Assembly (NCBI GenBank): GCA_050014695.1
Contig: JBEKCV010000003.1
Location: 13,727 to 77,726 of the forward strand
DNA length: 64,000 bases
Direction of reading: 5' to 3'
Source: Thermodesulfovibrionales bacterium
GTDB taxonomy: Bacteria; Nitrospirota; Thermodesulfovibrionia; Thermodesulfovibrionales; UBA9159
Shown here: positions 39,974-49,895 of the stretch, in pieces
Position numbering within the stretch: the stretch's first letter is position 1
Layout of the letters: each line of letters begins with the position of its first letter
Made by a program: the position numbers and the translations under genes
The notes under the pieces: generated by a model
The model's input: the letters and a program-made list of their open reading frames with translations, nothing else
What the model was told of the DNA's origin: nothing
The model's database searches: none

Positions 39974-41059
39974 TTACGGGATATTGAACGGGATGGGGCT
40001 GAATGTCAGCCGCAAGCCGATTTTTTTATAACAGGAACTATCACGTTTCTGTGTAGTACTGTAATTTAAAAGAGCCTCCGAATGGCATGCCTCTATCAAA
40101 AAATCATGCTTTCGCGAATCGTCAAGAGATCTCGTGAATGCCGTTATTGCATCATGGATATCTCCTCTCAAGAAAAGGACTTCACCGAGACCGAGCCTGC
40201 AATAGATGAGCCCTCGTACGTCCCTTGTCGTCTTGAATCGCCGTGCGGCTTTTTCGAGGCATTGCTCGGCCTCTTTCAGTCTCCCTTTCATCAGATGAGT
40301 CATTGCCATGCTCCAGAGGGTATAGGAGTAACTTACGATGTCCCCAATCCCTTTGTACAAGGTTTCTGCCTTCCTGAGATGTTTCATCGCTCCGGCATAG
40401 TCTCCTTTCATTCGCAACGCATTGCCGATGCCACAGTACGAATAGGCGAGGCCGAACCGGTCATGCAGCGATGATAAGAGTTCATTTGCTTCTCTATAAT
40501 AATGCAGGGAATCATCCCACAATCCGGAAACTCTCGAGACACCACCAAGGCCGCAGAGACAGTATCCCGTCGCTTTTTGATGTTCCACATCCGGGAATGA
40601 CGAGAACAATTTGTATGCCTTCCTGAATGAGTGCATGGCTTTCTTAGCATCCCCGCCCACCCTAAAGGCGCCTCCCTCTGCCCAAAGGACAAAGGCCAGC
40701 CCCTCGGTATCAGACTTTTCCTCGTAAATGCCCCGAGCATCGGAGAACAACCTCACTGCGTCTTTCCACTCGCCCAATGCCCGCAACGACAAGCCGAGTC
40801 CGACCATCGCATCAGCACGCATACGCTTTTTCCTCATGCGTCTGCTGAGAGAAATTGCTTCCGTATAGGCATCTCCCGCGCCACGAAAATTTCCTGTCAT
40901 CCTATACGTATCCCCTATGGAAAGGAGACAACAGAGCATGCCGATGCTGTCGTCACCTTGCGAGTAAGCCCGCAAGGCTTTCCGGTATGCCGACAACGCT
41001 TCCCGATACCGCGAGTCCTCGCGCATACGTTCGGCCCTCTGAAAGATGTCAGTTGCCAC
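39974..41059 (-). CDS. tetratricopeptide-repeat protein
   Basis: Serial TPR-like helical repeats. Confidence 0.85.
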   Translation of the reverse strand: MATDIFQRAERMREDSRYREALSAYRKALRAYSQGDDSIGMLCCLLSIGDTYRMTGNFRGAGDAYTEAISLSRRMRKKRMRADAMVGLGLSLRALGEWKDAVRLFSDARGIYEEKSDTEGLAFVLWAEGGAFRVGGDAKKAMHSFRKAYKLFSSFPDVEHQKATGYCLCGLGGVSRVSGLWDDSLHYYREANELLSSLHDRFGLAYSYCGIGNALRMKGDYAGAMKHLRKAETLYKGIGDIVSYSYTLWSMAMTHLMKGRLKEAEQCLEKAARRFKTTRDVRGLIYCRLGLGEVLFLRGDIHDAITAFTRSLDDSRKHDFLIEACHSEALLNYSTTQKRDSSCYKKIGLRLTFSPIPFNIP

Positions 41060-41708
41060 CGAGTGCCTCTCTCAATTTCGACGTGAGTTCTCCATAATCC
41101 TGGGCATGAAAGAATGCAGAGCCCATAACGAGTATCCCGGCTCCGGCGTCAGCCACGTCCTTTGCATTCTCGTACTTAATCCCTCCATCCACTTCAATAC
41201 GCGCGGACAAACCCCGCTCTATGACCATCCTGTTGAGTATCCGTATTTTTTCCAGTGACTGCGGAATGAACTTCTGCCCGCCAAACCCTGGATTGACGGA
41301 CATGATGAGAACAAAATCCACGTCGGAGAGGATGCTGTCCAGGCTCCATACGGGTGTCGCAGGATTTAGAGAAACACCAGCCTTCACGCCTTTCTCCTTT
41401 ATGGAGTGGATTGTTTTGTGGAGATGGACTGATGCCTCTACGTGCACCGTAAGCAAATCGCTCCCCGCAGCGATGAAGTCCTGTACATATCTGTCGGGGG
41501 CTTCTATCATGAGGTGCACATCAAGGGGGAGTTTTGTGGCCTTTCTGATTGCTTCCACGATAAACGGCCCTATGGTGATATTCGGAACAAAATGGCCGTC
41601 CATAACATCGAGGTGGAGCATATCCACACCTGCTGCTTCAGCCGCCCGTATTTCTTCGCCCAGCCTCAAGAAGTCGGCTGAAAGGATTGATGGTGCTATC
41701 TTAACCAT
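41049..41708 (-). CDS. rpe: ribulose-phosphate 3-epimerase
   Basis: IAPSILSADF, HLDVMDGHFVPN, MSVNPGFGGQ, VDGG. Confidence 0.97.
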   Translation of the reverse strand: MVKIAPSILSADFLRLGEEIRAAEAAGVDMLHLDVMDGHFVPNITIGPFIVEAIRKATKLPLDVHLMIEAPDRYVQDFIAAGSDLLTVHVEASVHLHKTIHSIKEKGVKAGVSLNPATPVWSLDSILSDVDFVLIMSVNPGFGGQKFIPQSLEKIRILNRMVIERGLSARIEVDGGIKYENAKDVADAGAGILVMGSAFFHAQDYGELTSKLREALGGN

Positions 41709-42414
41709 GTGAAGTTGCCTCTCCTTCCAGGTGAAGTTCTATGGTATCTCCTGATTTTATCAGAGATGAAGGCTTCGGTTTTTGCGTCTTGACCCTGTCT
41801 CCCTGGCCCACGAGTTCTATCCTGAGGCCAAGTTGTCGAGCCAGATCAGATGCTTCATCTGTGCTTTTCCCGGAGAAATCAGGACAGACGTAAGTGGCAT
41901 CATAAGGGCCCAAGCTCACGACAAGAGAAAGAGAATCCATCACTGCCTCATCCTGGTTGGGCCTCTGGGAGATGATAACGTCCTTTTCGATGGTTCTTGA
42001 ATGAACCCGGATAATCTTTTCGATCCGCAAGCCGCTTTTCGCGATGATAGATTCAGCATCATGTAATTGTTGGCCTGTGAGGTCAGGGACAGACTGGACC
42101 TTCGGCCCTTTGCTCAAAAATACCCTGATTTCCCTTTGTTCCTTGACCTTGTTGCCGGGGGGTATGTCCTGTCGGATGATACGGCCCACGGTTATCGTGG
42201 GATCGTAATCCTCCCCTTCAACGTTCAGATAGAGATTGACCCTTGTTAAGAGATCAGTCGCCTCGATAACCGTTTTTCCTTTCAGGTCAGGTGCATCAAC
42301 GGTTTTGCTGAAACTCATGATCTTAAAGGTGAGATATCCTGACAATAAGCCCATCAGGATAAACCCAAAGAGATACAGGGGAACCGTGAATATCTTTTTC
42401 AAGCTTTTCTGCAT
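41701..42414 (-). CDS. PASTA-domain membrane protein
   Basis: TM helix followed by three PDL.G-type PASTA repeats. Confidence 0.88.
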   Translation of the reverse strand: MQKSLKKIFTVPLYLFGFILMGLLSGYLTFKIMSFSKTVDAPDLKGKTVIEATDLLTRVNLYLNVEGEDYDPTITVGRIIRQDIPPGNKVKEQREIRVFLSKGPKVQSVPDLTGQQLHDAESIIAKSGLRIEKIIRVHSRTIEKDVIISQRPNQDEAVMDSLSLVVSLGPYDATYVCPDFSGKSTDEASDLARQLGLRIELVGQGDRVKTQKPKPSSLIKSGDTIELHLEGEATSHG

Positions 42415-43718
42415 AGTCTCACCGCGAAGAAGCCATCAAGGTCGCTCCTGTGCGGATAAGTACGGAAAAATCCATTTTTTATAAATCTTTTAACCAAGGA
42501 CATGGCTGTGTCTATGATATAGAAATCCTCCGACTCCTTCAAGAATTCTCTTATGACCTCCTCGCCTTCTTCCGGTTCCGTGGAGCATACAGAGTATACC
42601 ATGGTACACCCCGGTTTCAACAACCGCGAGACTGAGCGGAGAAGACCGACCTGCTTTGCGGCGAATCCCAAGAGGTCTTTTGCGGTGTGTCGGTACTTGA
42701 TGTCAGGATTTCTCCGTACAACGCCGAGGGAAGAGCAGGGGGCGTCCAGGAGAATCCTGTCGAAGAGTTCATTCGTCGAATATTCACGAATATCCGCCTT
42801 TACGACATTTACCGAGGAGAGAGCGAGGAGGGATATGTTTTCCGTTAACCGTTGGATTCTTTCTTCCTCACTATCGACTGCCACTATTTCTCCTGTGTCT
42901 TTCATAAGCTGGGCAATGTGCGTTGTCTTTCCCCCGGGCGCGGAGCACGCATCCAGTACCCGCTCCCCCGGACGAGGTTCAAGGAGATACGTTATGAGCT
43001 GCGATGCCTCATCCTGGACAATGACGGAACCCGTACCTGAGAGTTCTTTAAATGCCTGGAAGTCCCTCAGTTTTATGCCGTCCGGCGAAATACGCGTGGC
43101 CTCTGCGTGAATACCCGTGTCTGAAAATGATTGGAGTATTGCCTCGCGTCTTGCCTTAAGCGTATTCACCCTGAGGGTAAGCGGAGGGATCGTATTGTTT
43201 GCCTCTGCAAGCTCCATAGCCTGCCTGTCTCCGAAGCGCCTGATCCACCTCTCTATGAGCCATCGGGGGTGGGATGTGCACAGCGAGATATGTAGAGAAT
43301 CTCTCGCCTCCTTTAGTTCGTTCAATCGTAACCTTACAGATTCGAGATTCCTGAGCATAGTCCGTAAAACTCCGTTGACCACCTCGGGCCTGCCGCTTTT
43401 CTTTTCCATATCCACAGCCTCATTCACGGCAGCCCACGCCGGTACCCGCATAAAGAGTAACTGATATGCAGCAAGTCTTAGGTTGTCGATGGTTCGTGAT
43501 CCGAGACCTGAAGGTCTCTTTAGGAATGCCTTCAGGAGCCAGTCAAGGGTGTCCCGATATCGCAATACGCCATAAACAAGCTCCATGAGGAACGATCGTT
43601 CTCTCTTGTCAAGTGATGGAGCGAGGGTTTCGATGACATCCTTCGGTTTTTTGCCCTTTTCCGATATTTCGTGCAAGGCGTTTAAAGCAAGTTCTCGGGT
43701 GTTCAGCTTAGTTTCCAT
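42399..43718 (-). CDS. rsmB: 16S rRNA m5C967 methyltransferase (Sun/RsmB)
   Basis: NusB-like N-terminus; QDEAS, DACSAPGGKT, DAPCS, YSVCS. Confidence 0.95.
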   Translation of the reverse strand: METKLNTRELALNALHEISEKGKKPKDVIETLAPSLDKRERSFLMELVYGVLRYRDTLDWLLKAFLKRPSGLGSRTIDNLRLAAYQLLFMRVPAWAAVNEAVDMEKKSGRPEVVNGVLRTMLRNLESVRLRLNELKEARDSLHISLCTSHPRWLIERWIRRFGDRQAMELAEANNTIPPLTLRVNTLKARREAILQSFSDTGIHAEATRISPDGIKLRDFQAFKELSGTGSVIVQDEASQLITYLLEPRPGERVLDACSAPGGKTTHIAQLMKDTGEIVAVDSEEERIQRLTENISLLALSSVNVVKADIREYSTNELFDRILLDAPCSSLGVVRRNPDIKYRHTAKDLLGFAAKQVGLLRSVSRLLKPGCTMVYSVCSTEPEEGEEVIREFLKESEDFYIIDTAMSLVKRFIKNGFFRTYPHRSDLDGFFAVRLCRKA

Positions 43719-43820
43719 ATGTCTCGAAACATTCATACACGGAGGAGGTGACACGATGAGCGCATCGGAGTCTCTCAGGTTGTTTCGGCCGTCTCAGACT
43801 TTTTACGCTTACCCACCGGC

Positions 43821-44345
43821 CTATTCTCTGCAGAATGATTTTATGGCCTCTTGCACTCTTTCGAGACTGACCCTGGTATTGAAACACGGCCCGAAGGGAC
43901 GTTCATTGATAATGCCCAGGATAGGGAGCGGATAGGAGTCCGCGATACCACTGGTCAGGTCTCTCTCACACGCGACTGCGACAATGGCCTCCGGGTGGAC
44001 ATCCGCGACTATCTTTCGCGCGAGGTTTCCCCCTGTCGCAACAAAAAGCTTCAGGCCATTGTCATCTGCAATCTGGATGAGATCTTTGATCTCGCATTTT
44101 CCACACCGTTTACATTTGTAGATATCATGAGTGATCCTTATGTCGCAATCGCTCACCTGCAGGCAATGGGGCAACAAAAGCAGTATCCGTTTTGCCTTGT
44201 GTTTTTCCCGTGTTACGAGCTTATTGTTCAGGCTGATGATAATACCCTGCAGCTTTTCCTTCCTCCCCTTTGAAAAAGAACCAGCGATCATAAAAAGCGG
44301 ATAGAGGATTCGTAACGTGAGGCCTCTCAGCATTTTTTGAATCAC
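43821..44345 (-). CDS. DUF116-family protein
   Basis: LLPHCLQ, CKRCGKC, VATGG, AVACERDL. Confidence 0.88.
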   Translation of the reverse strand: MIQKMLRGLTLRILYPLFMIAGSFSKGRKEKLQGIIISLNNKLVTREKHKAKRILLLLPHCLQVSDCDIRITHDIYKCKRCGKCEIKDLIQIADDNGLKLFVATGGNLARKIVADVHPEAIVAVACERDLTSGIADSYPLPILGIINERPFGPCFNTRVSLERVQEAIKSFCRE

Positions 44346-45262
44346 GTGAGGAGCATCCTTTGTTGCAGCTTCCTGCCCTGTAAAAAGGCAGACACAGGCA
44401 TCAGTTTCTTTCCTGGGGGTTGGACTTCGATAAGTGAGAGAAGGCCGTTTCCCGTGCCGATGGTCAATTCATGGGGAGTGATCTTCTCTATGGCTCCCGG
44501 CACTCCGTTTCCCGCTGCGGGTTCTGCCTTAAGTATTTTGATCGCCTCTCCATTGATATGACAATAAGCTCCTGGCCACGGCTGCATCCCGCGGATGAAA
44601 TTAAAAATGTCTTCCGCGCTTTTTGACCAGTTTATCAATCCATCTTCCTTTTTCAATGCCGGTGCAAACGTGGCTTCGCCGGTCTGAAGAACGGGCCTAA
44701 CGGAATCATCTCGTATTCCCTTCAGGGTTTCTTTGAGTAAAGAAGCTCCTAATTCTGAAAGTTTCTCGCCGAGACTGTATGCAGTGTCTTCACGCGCAAT
44801 TGCTAACTCAGCCCTCAGAAGGATAGGGCCTGCGTCAAGATCTTCGTCCATGAGCATGGTCGTGATCCCGGTTGTCTGTTCTCCCCTTATAATTGCCCAG
44901 GAGATGGGAGCCGCGCCTCTATATCTTGGAAGGAGTGATGCATGGACATTGATGCAACCGCGGCGCGGTATTTGAAGTATCGACTTGGGCAGTATCTTTC
45001 CGTACGCAACAACGACGATGAATTCAGGTTTCAACGCCGCTATTTCATATGATACTGCGCCGTGTTTCAAAGTTGCCGGCTGCTGTATTTTTAATCCTGC
45101 ATCGATTGCGGCAATTTTTATGGGAGGAGAAGTCAGTTTATGGCCTCTCCCCTTAATCTTATCGGTCTGTGTGACAACAAGACTGATGTTTTCCCCCGAG
45201 CTGATCAAAGCCTTCAGTGAAGAAACCGCAAACTCAGGTGTGCCAAAGAATACAATGGACAA
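44342..45262 (-). CDS. fmt: methionyl-tRNA formyltransferase
   Basis: FFGTPEFA, NVHASLLPRYRGAAPI. Confidence 0.97.
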   Translation of the reverse strand: MSIVFFGTPEFAVSSLKALISSGENISLVVTQTDKIKGRGHKLTSPPIKIAAIDAGLKIQQPATLKHGAVSYEIAALKPEFIVVVAYGKILPKSILQIPRRGCINVHASLLPRYRGAAPISWAIIRGEQTTGITTMLMDEDLDAGPILLRAELAIAREDTAYSLGEKLSELGASLLKETLKGIRDDSVRPVLQTGEATFAPALKKEDGLINWSKSAEDIFNFIRGMQPWPGAYCHINGEAIKILKAEPAAGNGVPGAIEKITPHELTIGTGNGLLSLIEVQPPGKKLMPVSAFLQGRKLQQRMLLT

Positions 45263-45435
45263 ATCAGCCCCAAAAGAAAAGATGCAGGGTACATGGATGA
45301 AAAGAGTTACGAGGACACCGTGGAAGAAAGCGTCCTTTGCGGAACCAGAAATAAACCCTTGAATTACTCAGGTGAAGATGAACCATTTCTCCACTTTTCG
45401 TCCTTGGCATGGATTCACGCATTCCGTATCTTCAG

Positions 45436-45945
45436 TTAAGCCTTTGAGAGAGCCTTCTGGAAGCGCTTTCTAAAGAATTCCCTCTTAATGCTGCTTATCC
45501 TGTCAATAAGGAGTCTGCCGTTGAGGTGGTCGATCTCGTGCTGCAAGGCCCTGGAAAGGAGTCCTTCCCCTTCGATTTCCGTTGGACTGCCCTCTCTGTC
45601 GAGTCCCTTAACAACAACCTTTTCCGCCCTGACCACCGTAGTTAGAAATCCCGGAAGACTGAGGCATCCCTCTTCGCTTTCAGTCTCTCCCTCCGCATGA
45701 AGTATCTCAGGATTAATTAGCACAATGAGAGGCATTTCCTCACCTTCTCTCAGGCTTACATCGAGGACTATCAACCGCTGGGAGACACCCACTTGGGGCG
45801 CGGCAAGACCGATTCCGGGAGCGGCATACATCGTCTCTATCATATCATCAATAAGAAGCTCGATGTCTCCACCGATATCTTTTACGGGTGCCGCTCGCTT
45901 CGCCAGTACCGGTTCCGGATATTTTTTGATTTCGAGCACAGCCAT
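45436..45945 (-). CDS. def: peptide deformylase
   Basis: GIGLAAPQVG, EGCLS, QHEIDHLNG. Confidence 0.97.
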   Translation of the reverse strand: MAVLEIKKYPEPVLAKRAAPVKDIGGDIELLIDDMIETMYAAPGIGLAAPQVGVSQRLIVLDVSLREGEEMPLIVLINPEILHAEGETESEEGCLSLPGFLTTVVRAEKVVVKGLDREGSPTEIEGEGLLSRALQHEIDHLNGRLLIDRISSIKREFFRKRFQKALSKA

Positions 45946-46089
45946 GCATTATTATATCATAAACCTCGACGCGGATAGAACAGGCGGGACAAGGCGAAAT
46001 GAAAATTCCGTTTCAGTTAAATCCTTTGCAATGTTCCCACCTCGCTGGGACAGGTGGAGGTTTGACAAGTTTGTTTTGATGGGAGGTAC

Positions 46090-46977
46090 TTGTTGAGCGC
46101 TCATGACGTCGTTTTGAAAACTGAGATGCCTGATGTAGGCGTTCCAAAGAGGGGCAAGGTGAGGGATATTTATGACCTCGGTGATCATCTTCTTCTGGTG
46201 GCGACTGACAGAGTGTCGGCCTTTGATGTTGTCCTGCCAAATGGTATCCCTGGCAAGGGGAGGGTACTGACACAAATATCGATTTATTGGTTTCGGCTGA
46301 TGGAAGATGTTGTCAAGAACCACTTAGTTGCAACGGATGTCAGAGACTTTCCCGCATTGCTCAAGAAATATAAAGATACGCTTGACGGGAGGAGTGTTTT
46401 GGTGAAGAAGGCTGCACCCCTCCCTGTCGAGAGCATCGTGAGAGGTTACCTCTCCGGAAGCGGATGGACGGAATACAGGGAAAAAGGTACCGTCTGCGGG
46501 ATCGGCTTGCCTCAGGGTCTCATAGAATCATCGAGATTGGGGGAACCGATCTTTACGCCATCAACAAAAGCTGAAGAGGGTCACGATATTAATATATCCC
46601 TTGATGAAGTTAGGATGATTCTGGGAGGCGAAACAGCAGAACGAGTGAAGATGGTAAGCCTGAAGATCTACGCAAAGGCAAGGGCATTTGCGGAAAAAAA
46701 GGGCATCATCATTGCCGATACTAAGTTCGAGTTCGGCATCCGTGAGAAGGATATAATTCTCATAGATGAGATTCTCACCCCTGACTCGTCACGCTTCTGG
46801 TCTCTGAAGGACTATCAGCCTGGAAAGGGGCAGAACAGTTTTGATAAACAGATTGTCCGAGATTATCTCCTTACCCTTCATTGGAATAAGACACCGCCCG
46901 GTCCGATGCTTCCGGATGAGATCGTGACAAGGACCGCCGAGAGATATCGGGAGATCATGGAAATATTGCTTCATTGA
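46090..46977 (+). CDS. purC: SAICAR synthetase
   Basis: [31 protein letters not shown]. Confidence 0.96.
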   Translation: MLSAHDVVLKTEMPDVGVPKRGKVRDIYDLGDHLLLVATDRVSAFDVVLPNGIPGKGRVLTQISIYWFRLMEDVVKNHLVATDVRDFPALLKKYKDTLDGRSVLVKKAAPLPVESIVRGYLSGSGWTEYREKGTVCGIGLPQGLIESSRLGEPIFTPSTKAEEGHDINISLDEVRMILGGETAERVKMVSLKIYAKARAFAEKKGIIIADTKFEFGIREKDIILIDEILTPDSSRFWSLKDYQPGKGQNSFDKQIVRDYLLTLHWNKTPPGPMLPDEIVTRTAERYREIMEILLH

Positions 46978-47207
46978 GCGGTCAGACAACAAATCGGGAA
47001 AGGCACGGTGATGCGAATGAGACTATCCTTCGGCTCTGTCGGGGGAGAGGGGGGACATCTTGTTACGCGCCGGGGCGGCCGCAGTACGCTCCAAGTGAAT
47101 CCGTGGGCCGACTCCGCAACTTGACGCGACGAAAGGCTGCTGATAATGTGTGTTATCATAGATAAACTGGAGCGACAGATCCATTCACGTAATATGGAGG
47201 GAGCACT

Positions 47208-48431
47208 ATGGCACAGCCAAAAGTACTCGCGTTTGTCCTTGCCGGGGGCAAGGGCGAAAGACTTTTCCCCCTAACCGCATTCCGTTCAAAACCCTCTGTC
47301 CCGTTCGGCGGCAGATACCGGATAGTGGACTTTGTCCTGAGTAATCTCGTGAATTCGCGCATCTATTCCATTTACTTGCTGGTACAGTATAAATCCCAGT
47401 CCCTCATCGAACATGTGAGGCAGAACTGGGTTCTCTCCTCTGTGATGCGAGACCATTTCGTTGCGGTTGTTCCACCGCAAATGCGCATGGGACCTGAGTG
47501 GTTTCAGGGTACAGCAGATGCCATCTTTCAGAATATCGACCTTATCCGTCAGCATAATCCGGAAGTGGTTTTAGTTTTCGGTGCTGACCACATTTACAGG
47601 ATGGACATACGGCAGATGATAGATTTTCATTTAGAAAAAGGCGCCTTTGTTACCGTTGCTGCCAGGCCGGTTCCCGTTGAATCGGCGTCGGCATTTGGAG
47701 TCATCATCACGGACAAGGATAGAAGGATCATCGGATTTCAGGAGAAACCGAAGAATCCTACTCCGATGCCGGATAATCGCGATCTGGCATATGTCTCCAT
47801 GGGTAATTATCTCTTCAATAGGGATGTCCTTTTGGATGCGCTCGCAAAATCTCAGCGAAAAAAGCAGCACGATTTTGGCGCTCATGTTATACCTGACTTA
47901 GTGCATTCCGGGAAGGTCTTTGCATATGATTTCGGTACCAATATCATTCCTGATACCAAGCCATATGAAGAAAAAGGATATTGGCGGGACGTGGGGACCA
48001 TTGCGTCATTCTTTGAAGCCCACATGGACATGTTGGGTAAATCACCGCGCTTCGAGTTGAACAACAGATTCTGGCCGATTCACAGCTCGGGCGACCGGGG
48101 AGCCGCGGCAAAAGTCCTGAGGGGTGAAATAACAAACAGCATCATTTCAGAGGGAACCACGATCTATGATGCCCGGATAAAAAACTCCATTATCAGAAGC
48201 AATGTCATTGTTGAGGAAGATGTGAGCGTGGAGGATTGCATCATACTGGACCATTCTGTGCTGAAAAGAGGCTGCAAGCTCCGGAAAGTGATTGTGGATA
48301 AGTTAAATGTCATCAAGGAGAACGAACAGATAGGGTTCAATCCCGAAAAGGATCATTTCCGTTGTCACATTGACCCGTCCGGGATAGCGATACTGCCGAG
48401 GGAGGGGAGGCCGATTAAGGAGAGTGACTAA
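47208..48431 (+). CDS. glgC: glucose-1-phosphate adenylyltransferase
   Basis: LAGGKGERLFPLT..KPSVPFGG, GTADA, YWRDVGT. Confidence 0.96.
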   Translation: MAQPKVLAFVLAGGKGERLFPLTAFRSKPSVPFGGRYRIVDFVLSNLVNSRIYSIYLLVQYKSQSLIEHVRQNWVLSSVMRDHFVAVVPPQMRMGPEWFQGTADAIFQNIDLIRQHNPEVVLVFGADHIYRMDIRQMIDFHLEKGAFVTVAARPVPVESASAFGVIITDKDRRIIGFQEKPKNPTPMPDNRDLAYVSMGNYLFNRDVLLDALAKSQRKKQHDFGAHVIPDLVHSGKVFAYDFGTNIIPDTKPYEEKGYWRDVGTIASFFEAHMDMLGKSPRFELNNRFWPIHSSGDRGAAAKVLRGEITNSIISEGTTIYDARIKNSIIRSNVIVEEDVSVEDCIILDHSVLKRGCKLRKVIVDKLNVIKENEQIGFNPEKDHFRCHIDPSGIAILPREGRPIKESD

Positions 48432-48499
48432 AGTCCCCAAAATCCATCGAGAGAAGATCGCACATACCTCCTGCCGTTTTTCATAATTAACCTCAAAGG

Positions 48500-49681
48500 A
48501 TGGAAAACCTCAATAATCGCATTCTTGCCAATCCAGTCATATCAACGATATTCGCACCCGGTTTCGAGGTTTACCTTGTCGGTGGATATATACGAGATGT
48601 GTTGCGAGGTTTTAAACCAACGGATGTAGATATTGTAGTTAGGGGTAACTTCCAGCCGCTCCTCTCCAGGATTGCTGCAAGCACCGATGGGAAAATCATA
48701 GATTTCGAGAAAGGGGGGGGGATATCAAGGATCATTTTTGATACAACAACAATTGACCTTACAGCCATGCAAGGGTCGATTGAGGATGACTTGTCGAGAA
48801 GAGATTTCACTATGAATGCAATTGCGTGGTCGCCGGAAAGAGGAATCGTCGACCCTTTAGGAGGTTTACGTGACATTCAAAGGGGAACAATCAGGGCGGT
48901 GTCGAGGTGCAATTTTAGCGATGATCCCATCAGGCTGTTACGTACATACCGTTTTTTAGGTGAATTCGGCTGGAGAATTGATTCAAAAACAAGGAATTTT
49001 GTTAGGGAATTAAAGGAATCTTTAAGACTTTCGTCTTTTGAAAGAATTACTTTAGAATTCTTGAGACTCTTAAATTCAAAAGACCATCTTAAGGCCCTCA
49101 AACTGTCATATGCGGACGGGTTACTGAATATTTTTTTAGCTTTAGATTCGTGTGAGTTATTTATGAACATTAAAGCTCTTTCACGGTTTAAGTCGTTTCT
49201 TGAGAAAATCCCTAATGCATATCACCCGAACGGAGATAGAACTATATCGCAGGGCCTGTCTCAAGCAGGTCTTCTAAGGGCCGAAATTCTTCTCTTTAAA
49301 GCAAAATTGGAAAAAAACAGATTAAGGTTGAGTAATGCCATCCTTAAGCGATTAAAGGTTACCAGCATATTGCTTGAGGAATTTCAAAAGACCAAATCTG
49401 TAGGAAGGCAACGATTATTCGATTTATTTTATGCCTCTGGCGACGCTCTTCTGGATTTTGCTCTTTTGACCAGAAATAGAAAAATTCTGCATGAAGCAAT
49501 GAGATTTTTGAATATGAGATCTTTAGTCGCCACACAGGAGATCATGGACTTGACCGGAGTGAAGGGTGGAGTTGAGTTGGGTGCCTTCCTGAAAGAGTTG
49601 AAGAGGATGCAGTTCCTCGGGAAGATCGCTCAAAGAGCGGATGCACTGCGGTTGGTGTCCAATGGTCTAAACGTCTCCTAG
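48500..49681 (+). CDS. class II tRNA nucleotidyltransferase, likely CC-adding type
   Basis: LVGGYIRD..DVD, DLSRRDFTMNA, DDPIRLLR, ERITLEF. Confidence 0.85.
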   Translation: MENLNNRILANPVISTIFAPGFEVYLVGGYIRDVLRGFKPTDVDIVVRGNFQPLLSRIAASTDGKIIDFEKGGGISRIIFDTTTIDLTAMQGSIEDDLSRRDFTMNAIAWSPERGIVDPLGGLRDIQRGTIRAVSRCNFSDDPIRLLRTYRFLGEFGWRIDSKTRNFVRELKESLRLSSFERITLEFLRLLNSKDHLKALKLSYADGLLNIFLALDSCELFMNIKALSRFKSFLEKIPNAYHPNGDRTISQGLSQAGLLRAEILLFKAKLEKNRLRLSNAILKRLKVTSILLEEFQKTKSVGRQRLFDLFYASGDALLDFALLTRNRKILHEAMRFLNMRSLVATQEIMDLTGVKGGVELGAFLKELKRMQFLGKIAQRADALRLVSNGLNVS

Positions 49682-49735
49682 AGACCTTTAAGAAGCTCCC
49701 AATAGGTAGAATTGCAAAGCCCTGTGAGATATAAT

Positions 49736-49763
49736 ATTTAACATAATATATCTTATCAGACAT
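49736..49763 (-). other. chromosomal dif site (XerCD)
   Basis: Plus strand ATTTAACATAA-TATATC-TTATCAGACAT; XerD arm identical to E. coli dif; intergenic between convergent genes. Confidence 0.8.
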
Positions 49764-49895
49764 AAAATACAAACAGGGATTGTTAATAAAATGTTATTAA
49801 ATAGGCCTAAAGATCGGAAGACTCTATGACTGTAAGTATTCTTTGCGTTGGTGAACAGGATATAGGCAGGTCATGATTTCTTATAATCCAGCACG

